Below, piece after piece: positions 38,503 to 48,678 of a stretch of DNA of 64,000 nt. The stretch comes from Phycisphaeraceae bacterium (GTDB lineage Bacteria; Planctomycetota; Phycisphaerae; Phycisphaerales; Phycisphaeraceae). Below the pieces are notes generated by a model that saw only the letters and a list, made by a program, of their open reading frames with translations, ran no database searches and was not told the origin of the DNA. The stretch is from assembly GCA_963674705.1 (NCBI GenBank), contig OY771506.1, positions 4,128,001-4,192,000 of the forward strand, read 5' to 3'. The first letter of the stretch is position 1. Each line of letters starts with the position of its first letter. The translations under genes and the position numbers were made by a program.

Positions 38503-41500
38503 CGGCCTCCTTCTGTGTTGCTTTGTCAGAGGCTTCGGTATTAGGTGCAGGCTCAGCAGCGACGACTTTCTGAGTCTTGCGAGCAGTAGTCCACGACGAG
38601 AATCCGATGATCAGGAAGTAGAACATCGGGACAAAGAACAATGCCAAGCTTGTTGCCGCGATCATGCCACCGATGACGCCGGTACCGATCGAGTTACGGG
38701 CGTTTGCGCCGGCGCCGGTGGCGAGGACGAGAGGCATCGCACCGAGGATAAAGGAAAGCGCGGTCATCAGAATCGGCCTGAGCCTGAGCTTGGCGGCTTC
38801 GATGGCTGCTTCCTTGGCTGATAAACCTTCCGCAAACTTGATCTGCGCGAACTCGACAATCAGGATCGAGTTCTTGGTTGAAAGACCAATGAGTGTGACG
38901 AGACCGACCTGGAAGTAGACGTCACTTTCCATGCCACGCAACCAGACGGCGACGAGTGCACCAAAGATGCCGAACGGCACCGCGGTGAGGATCGCAATTG
39001 GCAGCGTCCACTTCTCGTACTGTCCGGCAAGGATCAAAAAGACCAGAATCAAACCGAAAATAAAGGCGACCACCGCGGTCGATCCGGCCTGCTTCTCCTC
39101 GAAGGCCTGACCAGACCATCCGTAGCTCATGCCGTCTGGGAGTGACGTATTACCGAGTTCTTCCATCGCGAGGATGGCTTGGCCGGAACTGTAGCCATGT
39201 GCGGCGTCACCGGTAATCTTGGCGGCGGGGAATCCATTGAAGCGCATGACCAAGTCTGGTCCGGCCTTATAGTTTGCATCGATGACTGCGGAGAGAGGCA
39301 GCAGTTGACCTTCGCGCTGGCGTACGTATACATGATTAAAGTCTTCTGGATCATCGCGATACTGAGCATCGGCCTGGACGATCACATTCCACACCCGGCC
39401 ATACTTGTCATATTGACTGACGTACGACGAACCAAACAATGACTCCATCGCTTCATAAATGCTATTGACGGACATCCCCATTGTCTCTGCTCGGGCACGA
39501 TCGACGGTCACTTCGAGTTGTCGGCTTGATGCGTTATACGTTGAACTGACGCGAGCAAGATCAGGGCGTTTACGTGTTTCGGCCAACAGTTTCTGCACCG
39601 CTTCTGCCAGGTATAAAGGATCATCGCTGCCACGGTTTTGCACCCAATACTCGAAACCGCCTTGTGTACCGAGACCCGGGATCGCAGGTGGTTTTATGGG
39701 TATCGCTATACCATCGTGCAGGTTGCTCAAGCGTGGTGCGGCATAGGTGATCACAGCGTCCGCAGACATATCATCCGAGGTGCGTTGTTCGAAGTCTTTC
39801 AAGGCGATGAAGACCGTGCCGGAGTTAGTCTTGAACTGCCCATCGATCATGCTGAAGCCTGACAATGCGGACGTGAACTGAACGGCAGGGTGTTCAGCAA
39901 AGATATCGGCAGCGGCCTGCGTCATCTTGTCCGCTCGGTCTAGGCTGGCGCCGTCCGGCAAGATGACGGCCGCCAGGAGCACGCCTTGGTCTTCCATCGG
40001 CACGAAACTCGTGGGGATAATCTTAAAGAGATGGACCGTCCCATACAGCATGAACACGACCAGCAGGACGCCGACGACCGAGAGTTTAATCATCAGCTTC
40101 ACACCAGCGGCATATGCTGTTGTGCATTTATCCAGTGCTGTATTAAAGGCACGGAACGGACCGATGACACCGGTTCTTGGTTTGAGAAGCACACCGCAAA
40201 GAGCAGGTGTCATCGTCAAGGCCACGAAACTGGAAATGCCCACTGAAACAGCAAGGGTGACAGCGAATTGCTGGTAAAGAACGCCTGTCGTGCCTCCCAG
40301 GAACGCTGTCGGTACAAATACCGCAATAAGTACGAGGGTCGTGGCGATCACGGGCCCGATCACTTCGCCCATAGCACGGATAGTCGCCTCCTTAGCGTCG
40401 AGCTTCAATTCCTCCATGTTTCGCTCGACGTTCTCAACCACGACGATCGCGTCGTCGCAGACCAGCCCGATTGCAAGCACCAGGCCGAAGAGCGTCAGCA
40501 GGTTCAGGCTGAAGTCCAGCATGAGCATGCCTGCGAAGGTACCTACCACGGATATCAGGATCGCAACCGTCGGGATCAGGGTGGCTCGCACAGATTGAAG
40601 AAACAGATATGTCACTGCGACCACAAGGATGATGGCGATGACCAGTGTCACCACGACTTCATGGATGGAAGCTTCCACGAACTTTGTCGTGTCATAGGAA
40701 ACCTCGTAGTCGATGCCTTTGGGAAAAGACTTTTTCAGGTCCTCCATGAGCGTGCGGACCTTGGTGGCCACGGCAAGTGCATTGGACCCCGGTTGCTGGT
40801 AGACCGCGATGAAAGTCCCAGGCTTGCCGTTAAGCGTGGAACGCAAGAGATACTGCTGGATGCCAACCTCGGCTCGAGCCACGTCGCCGACACGGACGAC
40901 TGCGGTCCCGTCGGTCTCGGCGCGCACGATGATACTTTCAAACTCTTCCGGCTCTGAGTATCGGCCTTGGGTCACGACAGGGACGGAAAGCTCGATCGAG
41001 CCGTTCATGGGTTCCTGTCCGATGGTGCCTGCCCCGAACTGCTGGTTCTGCTTGGCGATGGCTGCCTTGACTTCATCGGCGGTGATCCCGAGGCCGGCCA
41101 TCTTGTCCGGGTCCAGCCAGATCCGCATCGCTAAGTCTGGCAGGCCCATAATCTGAGCCTGGTTGGCACCGTCGACACGCTTGAGTTCATCGAGGATATA
41201 GAGGTTGGCGTAGTTGCCGATGTATTGCTCATCAAAGCTACCGTCAGGTGAAAAAAGCCCGATGAGCATCAGCGTGCTTGAAGAACGTTTCTGGACGCGC
41301 ACGCCGGTAGAACGTACGGCTTCGGGCAGGCTAGGCAGGGCGAGGTTGACCCGGTTGTTGACCTGAACCTCGGCGGTATCGGGATCGGTTCCCAACTCGA
41401 AGAACGCGGTCAATGACATCTGCCCGGTGTTGGCCGAGGTGGAGTTCATGTAGATCAGGCCGTCGGCACCGTTAATCTCGGTCTCGATCGGGGAGGCAAC

Positions 41501-41683
41501 GGAGTTTGCCACTGTCAGCGCATCGGCACCGGGATAGGTAGCGGAGACGGTGACCTGTACGGGCGTAATCTCCGGGTATTGAGTGATCGGTAGATTGACC
41601 GCGGCGACCGCGCCACAGAAAACGATCACAAGCGAGAGGACGCTGGCCAGGATTGGCCGTCTGACAAAAAGCGTCGTAATCAT
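38492..41683 (-). CDS. RND efflux permease (HAE1, AcrB/MexB-like)
   Basis: FVRRPI, LPITQYP, AIGLVCDDAIVVVEN, KNSILIVEFA, LRLRPILMT. Confidence 0.96.
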   Translation of the reverse strand: MITTLFVRRPILASVLSLVIVFCGAVAAVNLPITQYPEITPVQVTVSATYPGADALTVANSVASPIETEINGADGLIYMNSTSANTGQMSLTAFFELGTDPDTAEVQVNNRVNLALPSLPEAVRSTGVRVQKRSSSTLMLIGLFSPDGSFDEQYIGNYANLYILDELKRVDGANQAQIMGLPDLAMRIWLDPDKMAGLGITADEVKAAIAKQNQQFGAGTIGQEPMNGSIELSVPVVTQGRYSEPEEFESIIVRAETDGTAVVRVGDVARAEVGIQQYLLRSTLNGKPGTFIAVYQQPGSNALAVATKVRTLMEDLKKSFPKGIDYEVSYDTTKFVEASIHEVVVTLVIAIILVVAVTYLFLQSVRATLIPTVAILISVVGTFAGMLMLDFSLNLLTLFGLVLAIGLVCDDAIVVVENVERNMEELKLDAKEATIRAMGEVIGPVIATTLVLIAVFVPTAFLGGTTGVLYQQFAVTLAVSVGISSFVALTMTPALCGVLLKPRTGVIGPFRAFNTALDKCTTAYAAGVKLMIKLSVVGVLLVVFMLYGTVHLFKIIPTSFVPMEDQGVLLAAVILPDGASLDRADKMTQAAADIFAEHPAVQFTSALSGFSMIDGQFKTNSGTVFIALKDFEQRTSDDMSADAVITYAAPRLSNLHDGIAIPIKPPAIPGLGTQGGFEYWVQNRGSDDPLYLAEAVQKLLAETRKRPDLARVSSTYNASSRQLEVTVDRARAETMGMSVNSIYEAMESLFGSSYVSQYDKYGRVWNVIVQADAQYRDDPEDFNHVYVRQREGQLLPLSAVIDANYKAGPDLVMRFNGFPAAKITGDAAHGYSSGQAILAMEELGNTSLPDGMSYGWSGQAFEEKQAGSTAVVAFIFGLILVFLILAGQYEKWTLPIAILTAVPFGIFGALVAVWLRGMESDVYFQVGLVTLIGLSTKNSILIVEFAQIKFAEGLSAKEAAIEAAKLRLRPILMTALSFILGAMPLVLATGAGANARNSIGTGVIGGMIAATSLALFFVPMFYFLIIGFSSWTTARKTQKVVAAEPAPNTEASDKATQKEAGDA

Positions 41684-42879
41684 TGCTTATCACCGATCTC
41701 CGCAAGCGGGCTTATGCTCACAATCGAGACCGGCGTCCCGGGGACAAGCCCCACGGTGCCATCAACAATCAAACGATCTGCTTCTTTGAGTCCCTGCTTG
41801 ATGAGCCAGTGATCGTCAACCCAGGGCCCAAGCACGACTGGGCGTTGCTCCGCCTTGCCGTCAGCATCAACGAGCCAGACATACGCACCTTTGGGACCTT
41901 GTCGTACAGCCCGTTGCGGCACGACAATCGCATCCGGCCGATACGCACCGCTCAGCTTAATGTGAACAAATTGACCCGGGCGTAGAGTAAGTTCAGGGTT
42001 CGGCAATTCGGCGCGTAACAGAAAGGTTCCGGTCTGCTCATTGACCGAGGCGTCGGCGAAAGATATCTGGCCGACGTGCGGGTATTGCGTGCCATCGGCC
42101 AGTTCGAGCGAAACAACGAACTGCCTGTCCTCAGGGAACGCCAACTCGCGATTTTTCTCAGAGCTCCTGCCTTTAAGCACCTCAGTCTCTGCAACACTGA
42201 ATTCCACCCAGATCGGATCGATCTTCACGACATAAGTGAGTGGGGGGGTTGTCTGATCGATGTAGGCTCCCTCACGCTGGGTCGCCGAGCTCGTTTGGCC
42301 ATCTACGGGAGACTTGATAGTGGCGTATCCTAACTGTAACTCGGCCTGAAAGACCTCTGCGGAAGCCCCTTCCACGGCGGCTTTCGCTTCAAGCACCCGG
42401 CCTTTCGCATCATCGTAATCCTTCTTGGATACAGCCTCCTCTGCCACAAGTGGCTCTATCCGAGCGAATAAGGCTTCAGCATTATCCAAGCGTGCCTGTT
42501 GTTGGGCCAGTTGTGCCTTGGCGGCACGCAACGATGCTTCCAGGGGATCGGGGTCCATCTTGAAAAGCACATCACCCTTATGCACATAAGCGCCCTCAGT
42601 GTATGTAATCTCATCAAGGAATCCTGCGATCCGTGAGCGAACCTCGACACGTTGCGAACTGGCTGTCCTGCCAATAAAATCAAAAACTGCAGGCACATCC
42701 ATTGCTTTGAGTTGAACCGCCACTATTTTTCGAGGTGCGACTTGTGGCGTTTGCGAAGATGATTCTTTAGAACAGCCCATCAAGAAAATGTGTGATGCAA
42801 ACAGGATCATCATCAACCGAGATGGGCCACATAACAATCCAGTCCCAGCAATAGAAATCCGAATCATCTTTGACAACAT
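41680..42879 (-). CDS. RND periplasmic adaptor (membrane fusion protein)
   Basis: VEVRSRIAG, I.SPVDG, TGTFLLRAELPNP...LRPGQFV. Confidence 0.93.
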   Translation of the reverse strand: MLSKMIRISIAGTGLLCGPSRLMMILFASHIFLMGCSKESSSQTPQVAPRKIVAVQLKAMDVPAVFDFIGRTASSQRVEVRSRIAGFLDEITYTEGAYVHKGDVLFKMDPDPLEASLRAAKAQLAQQQARLDNAEALFARIEPLVAEEAVSKKDYDDAKGRVLEAKAAVEGASAEVFQAELQLGYATIKSPVDGQTSSATQREGAYIDQTTPPLTYVVKIDPIWVEFSVAETEVLKGRSSEKNRELAFPEDRQFVVSLELADGTQYPHVGQISFADASVNEQTGTFLLRAELPNPELTLRPGQFVHIKLSGAYRPDAIVVPQRAVRQGPKGAYVWLVDADGKAEQRPVVLGPWVDDHWLIKQGLKEADRLIVDGTVGLVPGTPVSIVSISPLAEIGDKQ

Positions 42880-43161
42880 GATTATGGCCTCACCAGGGCG
42901 AGCTGACTACCGTACAGATCACATGTGCAATGAGTATACATACTTACCTTCTATCCACAATTTTTATAAATGTAACCGCAATGTTGTCATCAGCGGATAT
43001 TTACGTATGAATCAAAGGCGGCATGCTATTGATCCGGTGGTGAGGTCGACGTCATCTGAATCAGAGCGATGTTGGTGGGGGGCGGTGTTTTGGCAGAACC
43101 TATAAACTATGTGTATATACAAACTCACATACCAGCTTAACAAGTTAACACATCCGAAATT

Positions 43162-43842
43162 ATGAACCGCTATCGCTTCCAATTTCTGCTGTTCACACTA
43201 TTTGTGATACTGCTTACGATGCCGATTATTGGCAGGCTGGGAGCGTTGAGCAGGTACGGCACAGCGTTTCTATTCTCATGGCTCTTGCTGGCGGCTGCGG
43301 TAAGTGTGTCGGAGCGGAAAGTGACAGGGATCGTTGCCGGAGGCTTGTTTAGCCTTACCCTCGTGCTGGAGATAGTCAGTCTGTTTCATGACACAAGCCT
43401 GCTGGTAATCGTACAGCACGGTATCTCAATGTTGTTCCTGAGCTTTGTGGTGGGCGTTGTTATTAAGGGCTTACTTCAAACAAAGCGTGTGACGGTCAAT
43501 ACGATCTGTGCGGCGTTGAGCGTCTACCTGCTACTTGCGGTGATCTGGGCCTACGCCTACTCGATGATCGTGGTGATCCGGCCTGAGTCTTTCGTGTTCA
43601 ACACACAGATGCTGGATGTCGAGACATCCATGTTCACAAAAAGTGATGGGGCCGTGATACCTCTGTACTACAGCCTGGTGACACTGACCACGCTGGGTTA
43701 CGGTGATATCGTGCCGGTTTCTCCCTATGCATGCATGCTGGCTGCGGTAGAGGCCGTGATTGGGCAATTCTTCCTCACGGTGCTGGTCGCGTGGCTGATG
43801 GGTTTGTTTATCTCAGAGTCACTGAAAAAGATCGATTCTTGA
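43162..43842 (+). CDS. potassium channel family protein
   Basis: TLTTLGYGDIVP selectivity filter; multiple TM. Confidence 0.9.
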   Translation: MNRYRFQFLLFTLFVILLTMPIIGRLGALSRYGTAFLFSWLLLAAAVSVSERKVTGIVAGGLFSLTLVLEIVSLFHDTSLLVIVQHGISMLFLSFVVGVVIKGLLQTKRVTVNTICAALSVYLLLAVIWAYAYSMIVVIRPESFVFNTQMLDVETSMFTKSDGAVIPLYYSLVTLTTLGYGDIVPVSPYACMLAAVEAVIGQFFLTVLVAWLMGLFISESLKKIDS

Positions 43843-43890
43843 TTCGAATCAACCCAGGTGACGGTTAGTCATATGAGCTATTAACCTTGA

Positions 43891-46368
43891 TTACCCGGCG
43901 GCTTGCTGCAATGCATCGATGAGTTGGCCGGCGGTGTACCAGTCGGCTTTGAAAACAGCGGTGCCGTCGGGTGCATAGACAACCAACCAGGGGATGGTCA
44001 CAGAACCTGAATCCCAGAGCTTTTGTTTGCCGTCGGCATAGTTGCCGGTGAGGTCGACTTTCATCGCGACGTAACCTTTTTCCTTAAGTAGTGCGGAGAC
44101 ATCAGCGGAGTTCAGAACCGTTAATTCGAGTACGTGACAGTTCGCACACCAGTCTGCGGTAAAGTCGAGCATCACGACGTTGCCTTCAGCCAATGCTTTT
44201 TCCAGACGATCTGGGGTGTAGTAGACCCAGTTGATCGGCGCATCTTCTCCTGCAGACTCATGCGATAAAGAAGCGGCGCCGAAGCTGGCCAAAACAATCA
44301 TTACCAGTCCCATCGCTGTAAACGCACCTCGTTTGACGTATGAAGGTGTGATCTTATAGACACGATAGATAAGCCAGGCCCCGGCCACGGCGACGATAGC
44401 CCCGACCACCCACCAATGCCCCTTCGGTGCGGCTTCGGTACCATCTGACAGTAATCCGGATATGCCCGCGCCGATGAAGAATGCCGCTGCTGCGAGCATG
44501 AGCAGGCCCATGACTTGTTTAAGCAATTCACTGCCCGGGCCAGTTCGCGGCAAGGCATCTACCAGTTTGGGATTGGCTGAAAGAATGAAGTAAGGCAACG
44601 CCATGCCGAAGCCGATCGTGGCAAAGATCGTCAATGTAATGGCGGGTGGTTGTGAGGCGGCCCAAAACGCAGCCCCCCCCATGAGCGGTGCGGTACATGG
44701 CGTCGACAGCACGGCTGTCATGATGCCGAAGCCAAACGCGCCGCTGTAGCTGTCGTGCCGGGGATTAATCGCGTACACGAAGTTGGGCAGGCGGACAGAG
44801 AACAGCCCACACATGCCAATAGCAAGTATGGCGATGATGATGCCAACACTGATGGAAAACGCGGGATATTGAAAGAGTTGATTAGAGGCTGTGAAACCAC
44901 TGATGCTGGCGATTGCCACACCAAGCGCGAGCCAGAAAGCGACAACACCACCAGCCATGACGGTGCCCAACGCAAGCGTCTTGCGCCGATTGCCTGCGGT
45001 TTGCGCCAGCCCGAGTATCTTGATCGGGATCACAGGCAGAACGCATGGTGTGAAGTTCAATAATGCGCCACCGATTGCTGTCATCAACAGGACCAGAGCG
45101 AAACCGCCAGCGCTCGAAGAGTCTACCTTAAACAGACCAAAATCAACCTCGCTGGATGCCTGTGGTGAGTCTGGGGAATTGATATCAGGCTGCAACACAT
45201 CGCCAAATTGCTGGAAGCTAGATGCATCGAAGTCATCGAACAACTTGATAGGCCCCGGCGTTGTGGTTTCAACAGCATCCGGGGCGATAATCTCGACAGG
45301 AACCGGGACGGAAAGCGTGGTCGGGAAGTCGCAGGCCTTGTCATCACATGCCTGGTATTGGATGTTAACGGTCGCGTTGATCTTGCCGGGCTTGGTATCA
45401 CTAGCGATCTTTACAGGCAGATAGATGACGATTCGGCCATCGAAGACCGCGATCGGATCGGGCATGCCGCCCGCGGCGATTTGATGAGGCTCAGGGAATT
45501 GTGGTGAGCCAAAGGTGATAGATGGATCGTCGCTTTGTGTTGTGACTTCGGTGAATACCGGATCGAATTCGACCTCAACCGCTTGATCCGCGTCCGATGC
45601 GATGTGCCAATCGGGCTGTATATCGACGACCAAAGCGATAACACCCAAACCACCGGGGCGTAACTGGGACTTCTGCCAGAAGGCCTGGGCTTGTACTTTC
45701 GAGCCATCCGGGCTGGGCCAGGTTGGTTCGGGGATACCGGCGATAGCATCGAATGCTTTCGGGTCAAAGTTGTCAAAAAGAGGCGAAGGCTTGGTTGCTT
45801 CTACTCTAGTATCAGGACTGACTACATTCAGCGTGGCGGTTGTTATGACGGACTGCGGGAAGTCGCAGGTCATGTCGTCGCATGCCTGGTAGTCGACCTG
45901 GACGACAACTTCGACTTCACCCGGATCAACGTCATCGTTGACCGTGACAGGCAGATAGATCACGGGCCGGCCGTCGAAGACCGCGATCGGTTCGGGCATG
46001 CCGCCGACCTTGAGTTTGTGCGCTTCGGGATACTGTACCGGGCCAAAGGTGAGTTGAGGGTTATCCGATTTTACGACTATCTTAGTTGTATATGGCGTAA
46101 AGTCACCGGGCACAACCTGGGCATCGTCCGATGCGATGTGCCAGTTCTCCTGAATATCAAACACAACGGCAAGGACCGTTTGCCCGCCTGCTTTGGCTGT
46201 ATCGATCAGCCAGACTGTACTGACATGAACCTTGTCGCTCGCACCATCGTCGAGGCTTGTCACCATCTGGGCGGAAAGGTTACGGGCAAACAAAACAGCC
46301 ATTAACGAGAGTACCGCTGTCAATGTCGTGAGTATTTTTGCACGAATGAGCGGTTTTTTTATTGACAT
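43891..46368 (-). CDS. dsbD: DsbD-family disulfide reductase with tandem duplicated N-terminal domains
   Basis: two YQACDD..C domains; TM TPCVLP and TPCTAP; thioredoxin DFTADWCANC. Confidence 0.88.
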   Translation of the reverse strand: MSIKKPLIRAKILTTLTAVLSLMAVLFARNLSAQMVTSLDDGASDKVHVSTVWLIDTAKAGGQTVLAVVFDIQENWHIASDDAQVVPGDFTPYTTKIVVKSDNPQLTFGPVQYPEAHKLKVGGMPEPIAVFDGRPVIYLPVTVNDDVDPGEVEVVVQVDYQACDDMTCDFPQSVITTATLNVVSPDTRVEATKPSPLFDNFDPKAFDAIAGIPEPTWPSPDGSKVQAQAFWQKSQLRPGGLGVIALVVDIQPDWHIASDADQAVEVEFDPVFTEVTTQSDDPSITFGSPQFPEPHQIAAGGMPDPIAVFDGRIVIYLPVKIASDTKPGKINATVNIQYQACDDKACDFPTTLSVPVPVEIIAPDAVETTTPGPIKLFDDFDASSFQQFGDVLQPDINSPDSPQASSEVDFGLFKVDSSSAGGFALVLLMTAIGGALLNFTPCVLPVIPIKILGLAQTAGNRRKTLALGTVMAGGVVAFWLALGVAIASISGFTASNQLFQYPAFSISVGIIIAILAIGMCGLFSVRLPNFVYAINPRHDSYSGAFGFGIMTAVLSTPCTAPLMGGAAFWAASQPPAITLTIFATIGFGMALPYFILSANPKLVDALPRTGPGSELLKQVMGLLMLAAAAFFIGAGISGLLSDGTEAAPKGHWWVVGAIVAVAGAWLIYRVYKITPSYVKRGAFTAMGLVMIVLASFGAASLSHESAGEDAPINWVYYTPDRLEKALAEGNVVMLDFTADWCANCHVLELTVLNSADVSALLKEKGYVAMKVDLTGNYADGKQKLWDSGSVTIPWLVVYAPDGTAVFKADWYTAGQLIDALQQAAG

Positions 46369-46579
46369 CAGATCACCTGAAAAGAAACCGATTGATACAA
46401 GAACCAGAGCGCTATTGTATTAACTCTGCAAGACCTAAGTCGCCTAAAAGATTATACGAAGTCGGTTATCAAAACGGCCCACCCGGAGAATCCTCACGGG
46501 TGGGCACTGTATGTAACCATTCCGGGCCGGCTCAATATTCCATGCCGTATGAGCCGTATGGATTGCTCCACGGTTGAAA

Positions 46580-48256
46580 CTAGCTGACGGCCTGGTATTC
46601 AGCGATGGCCTTCTCCAGATGCTCATCCACATCGCTGGGATGCCCGCGCCAAAGCACTTCGCCTTCGGGTGAGAGGATGTAGATGGTTGGGATACCACTG
46701 ACACCAAATTTTCTGGTGATTACGCGGTCGCCATCGTAATGCTGGGGCCAGTCCATCCCCTTGTCGGCGACGGTTTTCTTGAGTGTGTCTTCCGATCGAT
46801 CGAGGCTGATACCTACGACCTGCACACCCTTGTCGGCATACTTCTTGTTGAGTTCGATCATGTGGGGCATGGATGCCATGCAGGGGCCACACCAGGTCGC
46901 CCAGAAGTCCATAACAACGATCTTACCCTTGAGGTCTTCATTCGTAATGGTGGAGCCATCTGTGTAATTGAGTGTGAACTGCGGCTTGGCGCCGGGGTCC
47001 AGCAGCACGCGCTTCTCGACAGGTTCCTTGGGGGCCGGCATCGGCTTGATCGTCGCGGCGGGGATAACTGTGGGCGTCGTTGTTATAGCCGGAGTCTTGG
47101 TTACCATGGGAACAGACTTGGGCTGACCATCATCCTTCTTGGCAAAGGCTTCCGCGGTCAGCGAATCATCGGCAAGGATCTTCGCCAGAGGTTCATCCAT
47201 GTTGGCCGGATGACCAGCCCAGAGGTACTCACCAGTGCGAGAGAAGATGAATATCTGTGGGATACCGGTGACGTTGAACTTCTTGGAAATCGAGGCGTCC
47301 GCATCGTAGACATGCTTCCAAGGCATGCCGATCTTTTCCTTGGTTGCCCGGAGCGTTTCGAGATCGCGGTCACGGCTCATACCGATGACTTCGACGCCGT
47401 CGGCCTCGTGGTGCTTGGCGTATAGCTCTTTCATGTGAGGCATGGAAGCCATGCAGGGACCGCACCAGGTCGCCCAGAAGTCCATGATGACGACTTTGCC
47501 TTCGAGGGATTCGACGCTGATCTTGTTGCCTTCGATGTCTGTCAGATCCAGTTCACCCAGCGGGTGGGAGCCGGGCTTGTAAGCGGCGGCGGCCTGAGCT
47601 TCGGCGTCGGCACGGGCCTTGGCCATGGCTTCTTCGCGTGCCTTGAGGGCTGCTTCAGCCTGAGCCATGTACTCGGCATCCTTCTTGGCGTCATACGCGG
47701 TCGGCACATACTGCTTCAAAGCTGCCTGCAACGGTTCATCCATGCCCATCGGATGCCCAACGTAGAGTGCCGTGCCATCCGGGGCGATGACAAGCACGGT
47801 CGGGATCATCCCGACGTTCCAGGCTTTGTTGATGTTGCGATCACCGTCGAATACCTGCGTCCAGGTCATGTCGTTGTCCTGGATACCTTTCTTAAGGGTT
47901 TCCAGGTCTTTATCCATGCTGACGCTGATGAATTCGATGTCATCGTGGTCGCCATAAGTTGCGACGAGGTCTTTGAAGTGCGGCAGCGCCTGCATGCAAG
48001 GGACACACCAAGTCGCCCAGACGTCGACGACCACGAGTTTGCCCTTGAGGGATTCGTTCGTGACTTGCTTACCATCGACAGTGGTAAAGTCGATGTAGGG
48101 GGTGTCGCCCTTGGCGAGGAACTTGAGGATCTTGTAGTCGTTGTTCGGATCGAGACGGACTTCGGCGTTGGCGTACGGCGTGACATAAGCACTTACTGCC
48201 AGAGCGATGCCGGCGGTGATGAATGCAAGTCGTTTTGTGATGCGAGGCATGCTCAT
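46580..48256 (-). CDS. secreted protein with three TlpA-like thioredoxin domains
   Basis: WATWCVPC, WATWCGPC, WATWCGPC, each followed by cis-Pro (IP) and GHP; signal peptide. Confidence 0.9.
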   Translation of the reverse strand: MSMPRITKRLAFITAGIALAVSAYVTPYANAEVRLDPNNDYKILKFLAKGDTPYIDFTTVDGKQVTNESLKGKLVVVDVWATWCVPCMQALPHFKDLVATYGDHDDIEFISVSMDKDLETLKKGIQDNDMTWTQVFDGDRNINKAWNVGMIPTVLVIAPDGTALYVGHPMGMDEPLQAALKQYVPTAYDAKKDAEYMAQAEAALKAREEAMAKARADAEAQAAAAYKPGSHPLGELDLTDIEGNKISVESLEGKVVIMDFWATWCGPCMASMPHMKELYAKHHEADGVEVIGMSRDRDLETLRATKEKIGMPWKHVYDADASISKKFNVTGIPQIFIFSRTGEYLWAGHPANMDEPLAKILADDSLTAEAFAKKDDGQPKSVPMVTKTPAITTTPTVIPAATIKPMPAPKEPVEKRVLLDPGAKPQFTLNYTDGSTITNEDLKGKIVVMDFWATWCGPCMASMPHMIELNKKYADKGVQVVGISLDRSEDTLKKTVADKGMDWPQHYDGDRVITRKFGVSGIPTIYILSPEGEVLWRGHPSDVDEHLEKAIAEYQAVS

Positions 48257-48678
48257 AGATGTATATCCTTATGGTGTCTGGATTCGGATGGTGACCTGAT
48301 CTTATGTCTGTCACGAGCAGGTATCTGGTGTTATCTGATTGTTACGCCCGGGCGGCTCTAAGGTTCGCCACATTCTAACCATTTTGTTGGCGACAGATAC
48401 TTTATACTTCATCATAATCGATAAGATGCTTTCCATTTGTTCACTTACCGTACTGGCAGAATTTGCCGGTTAGCTGATACCGGGTTCTCATTTACAATAC
48501 GGCCCCCGATAGGGATTGGCCGCAAGCAATTTAGAGCACAAATCTGTCTTCAGTTTGTCGCCACATGCACGACGCCAGCGATCTCGCAAACCAACATGAA
48601 TTCCCTTGATAGGGAACTTTAGATGGGCTAATGTTATTCCTACTGGACCCTTATTCCATATATTGATCGGAACTGCGT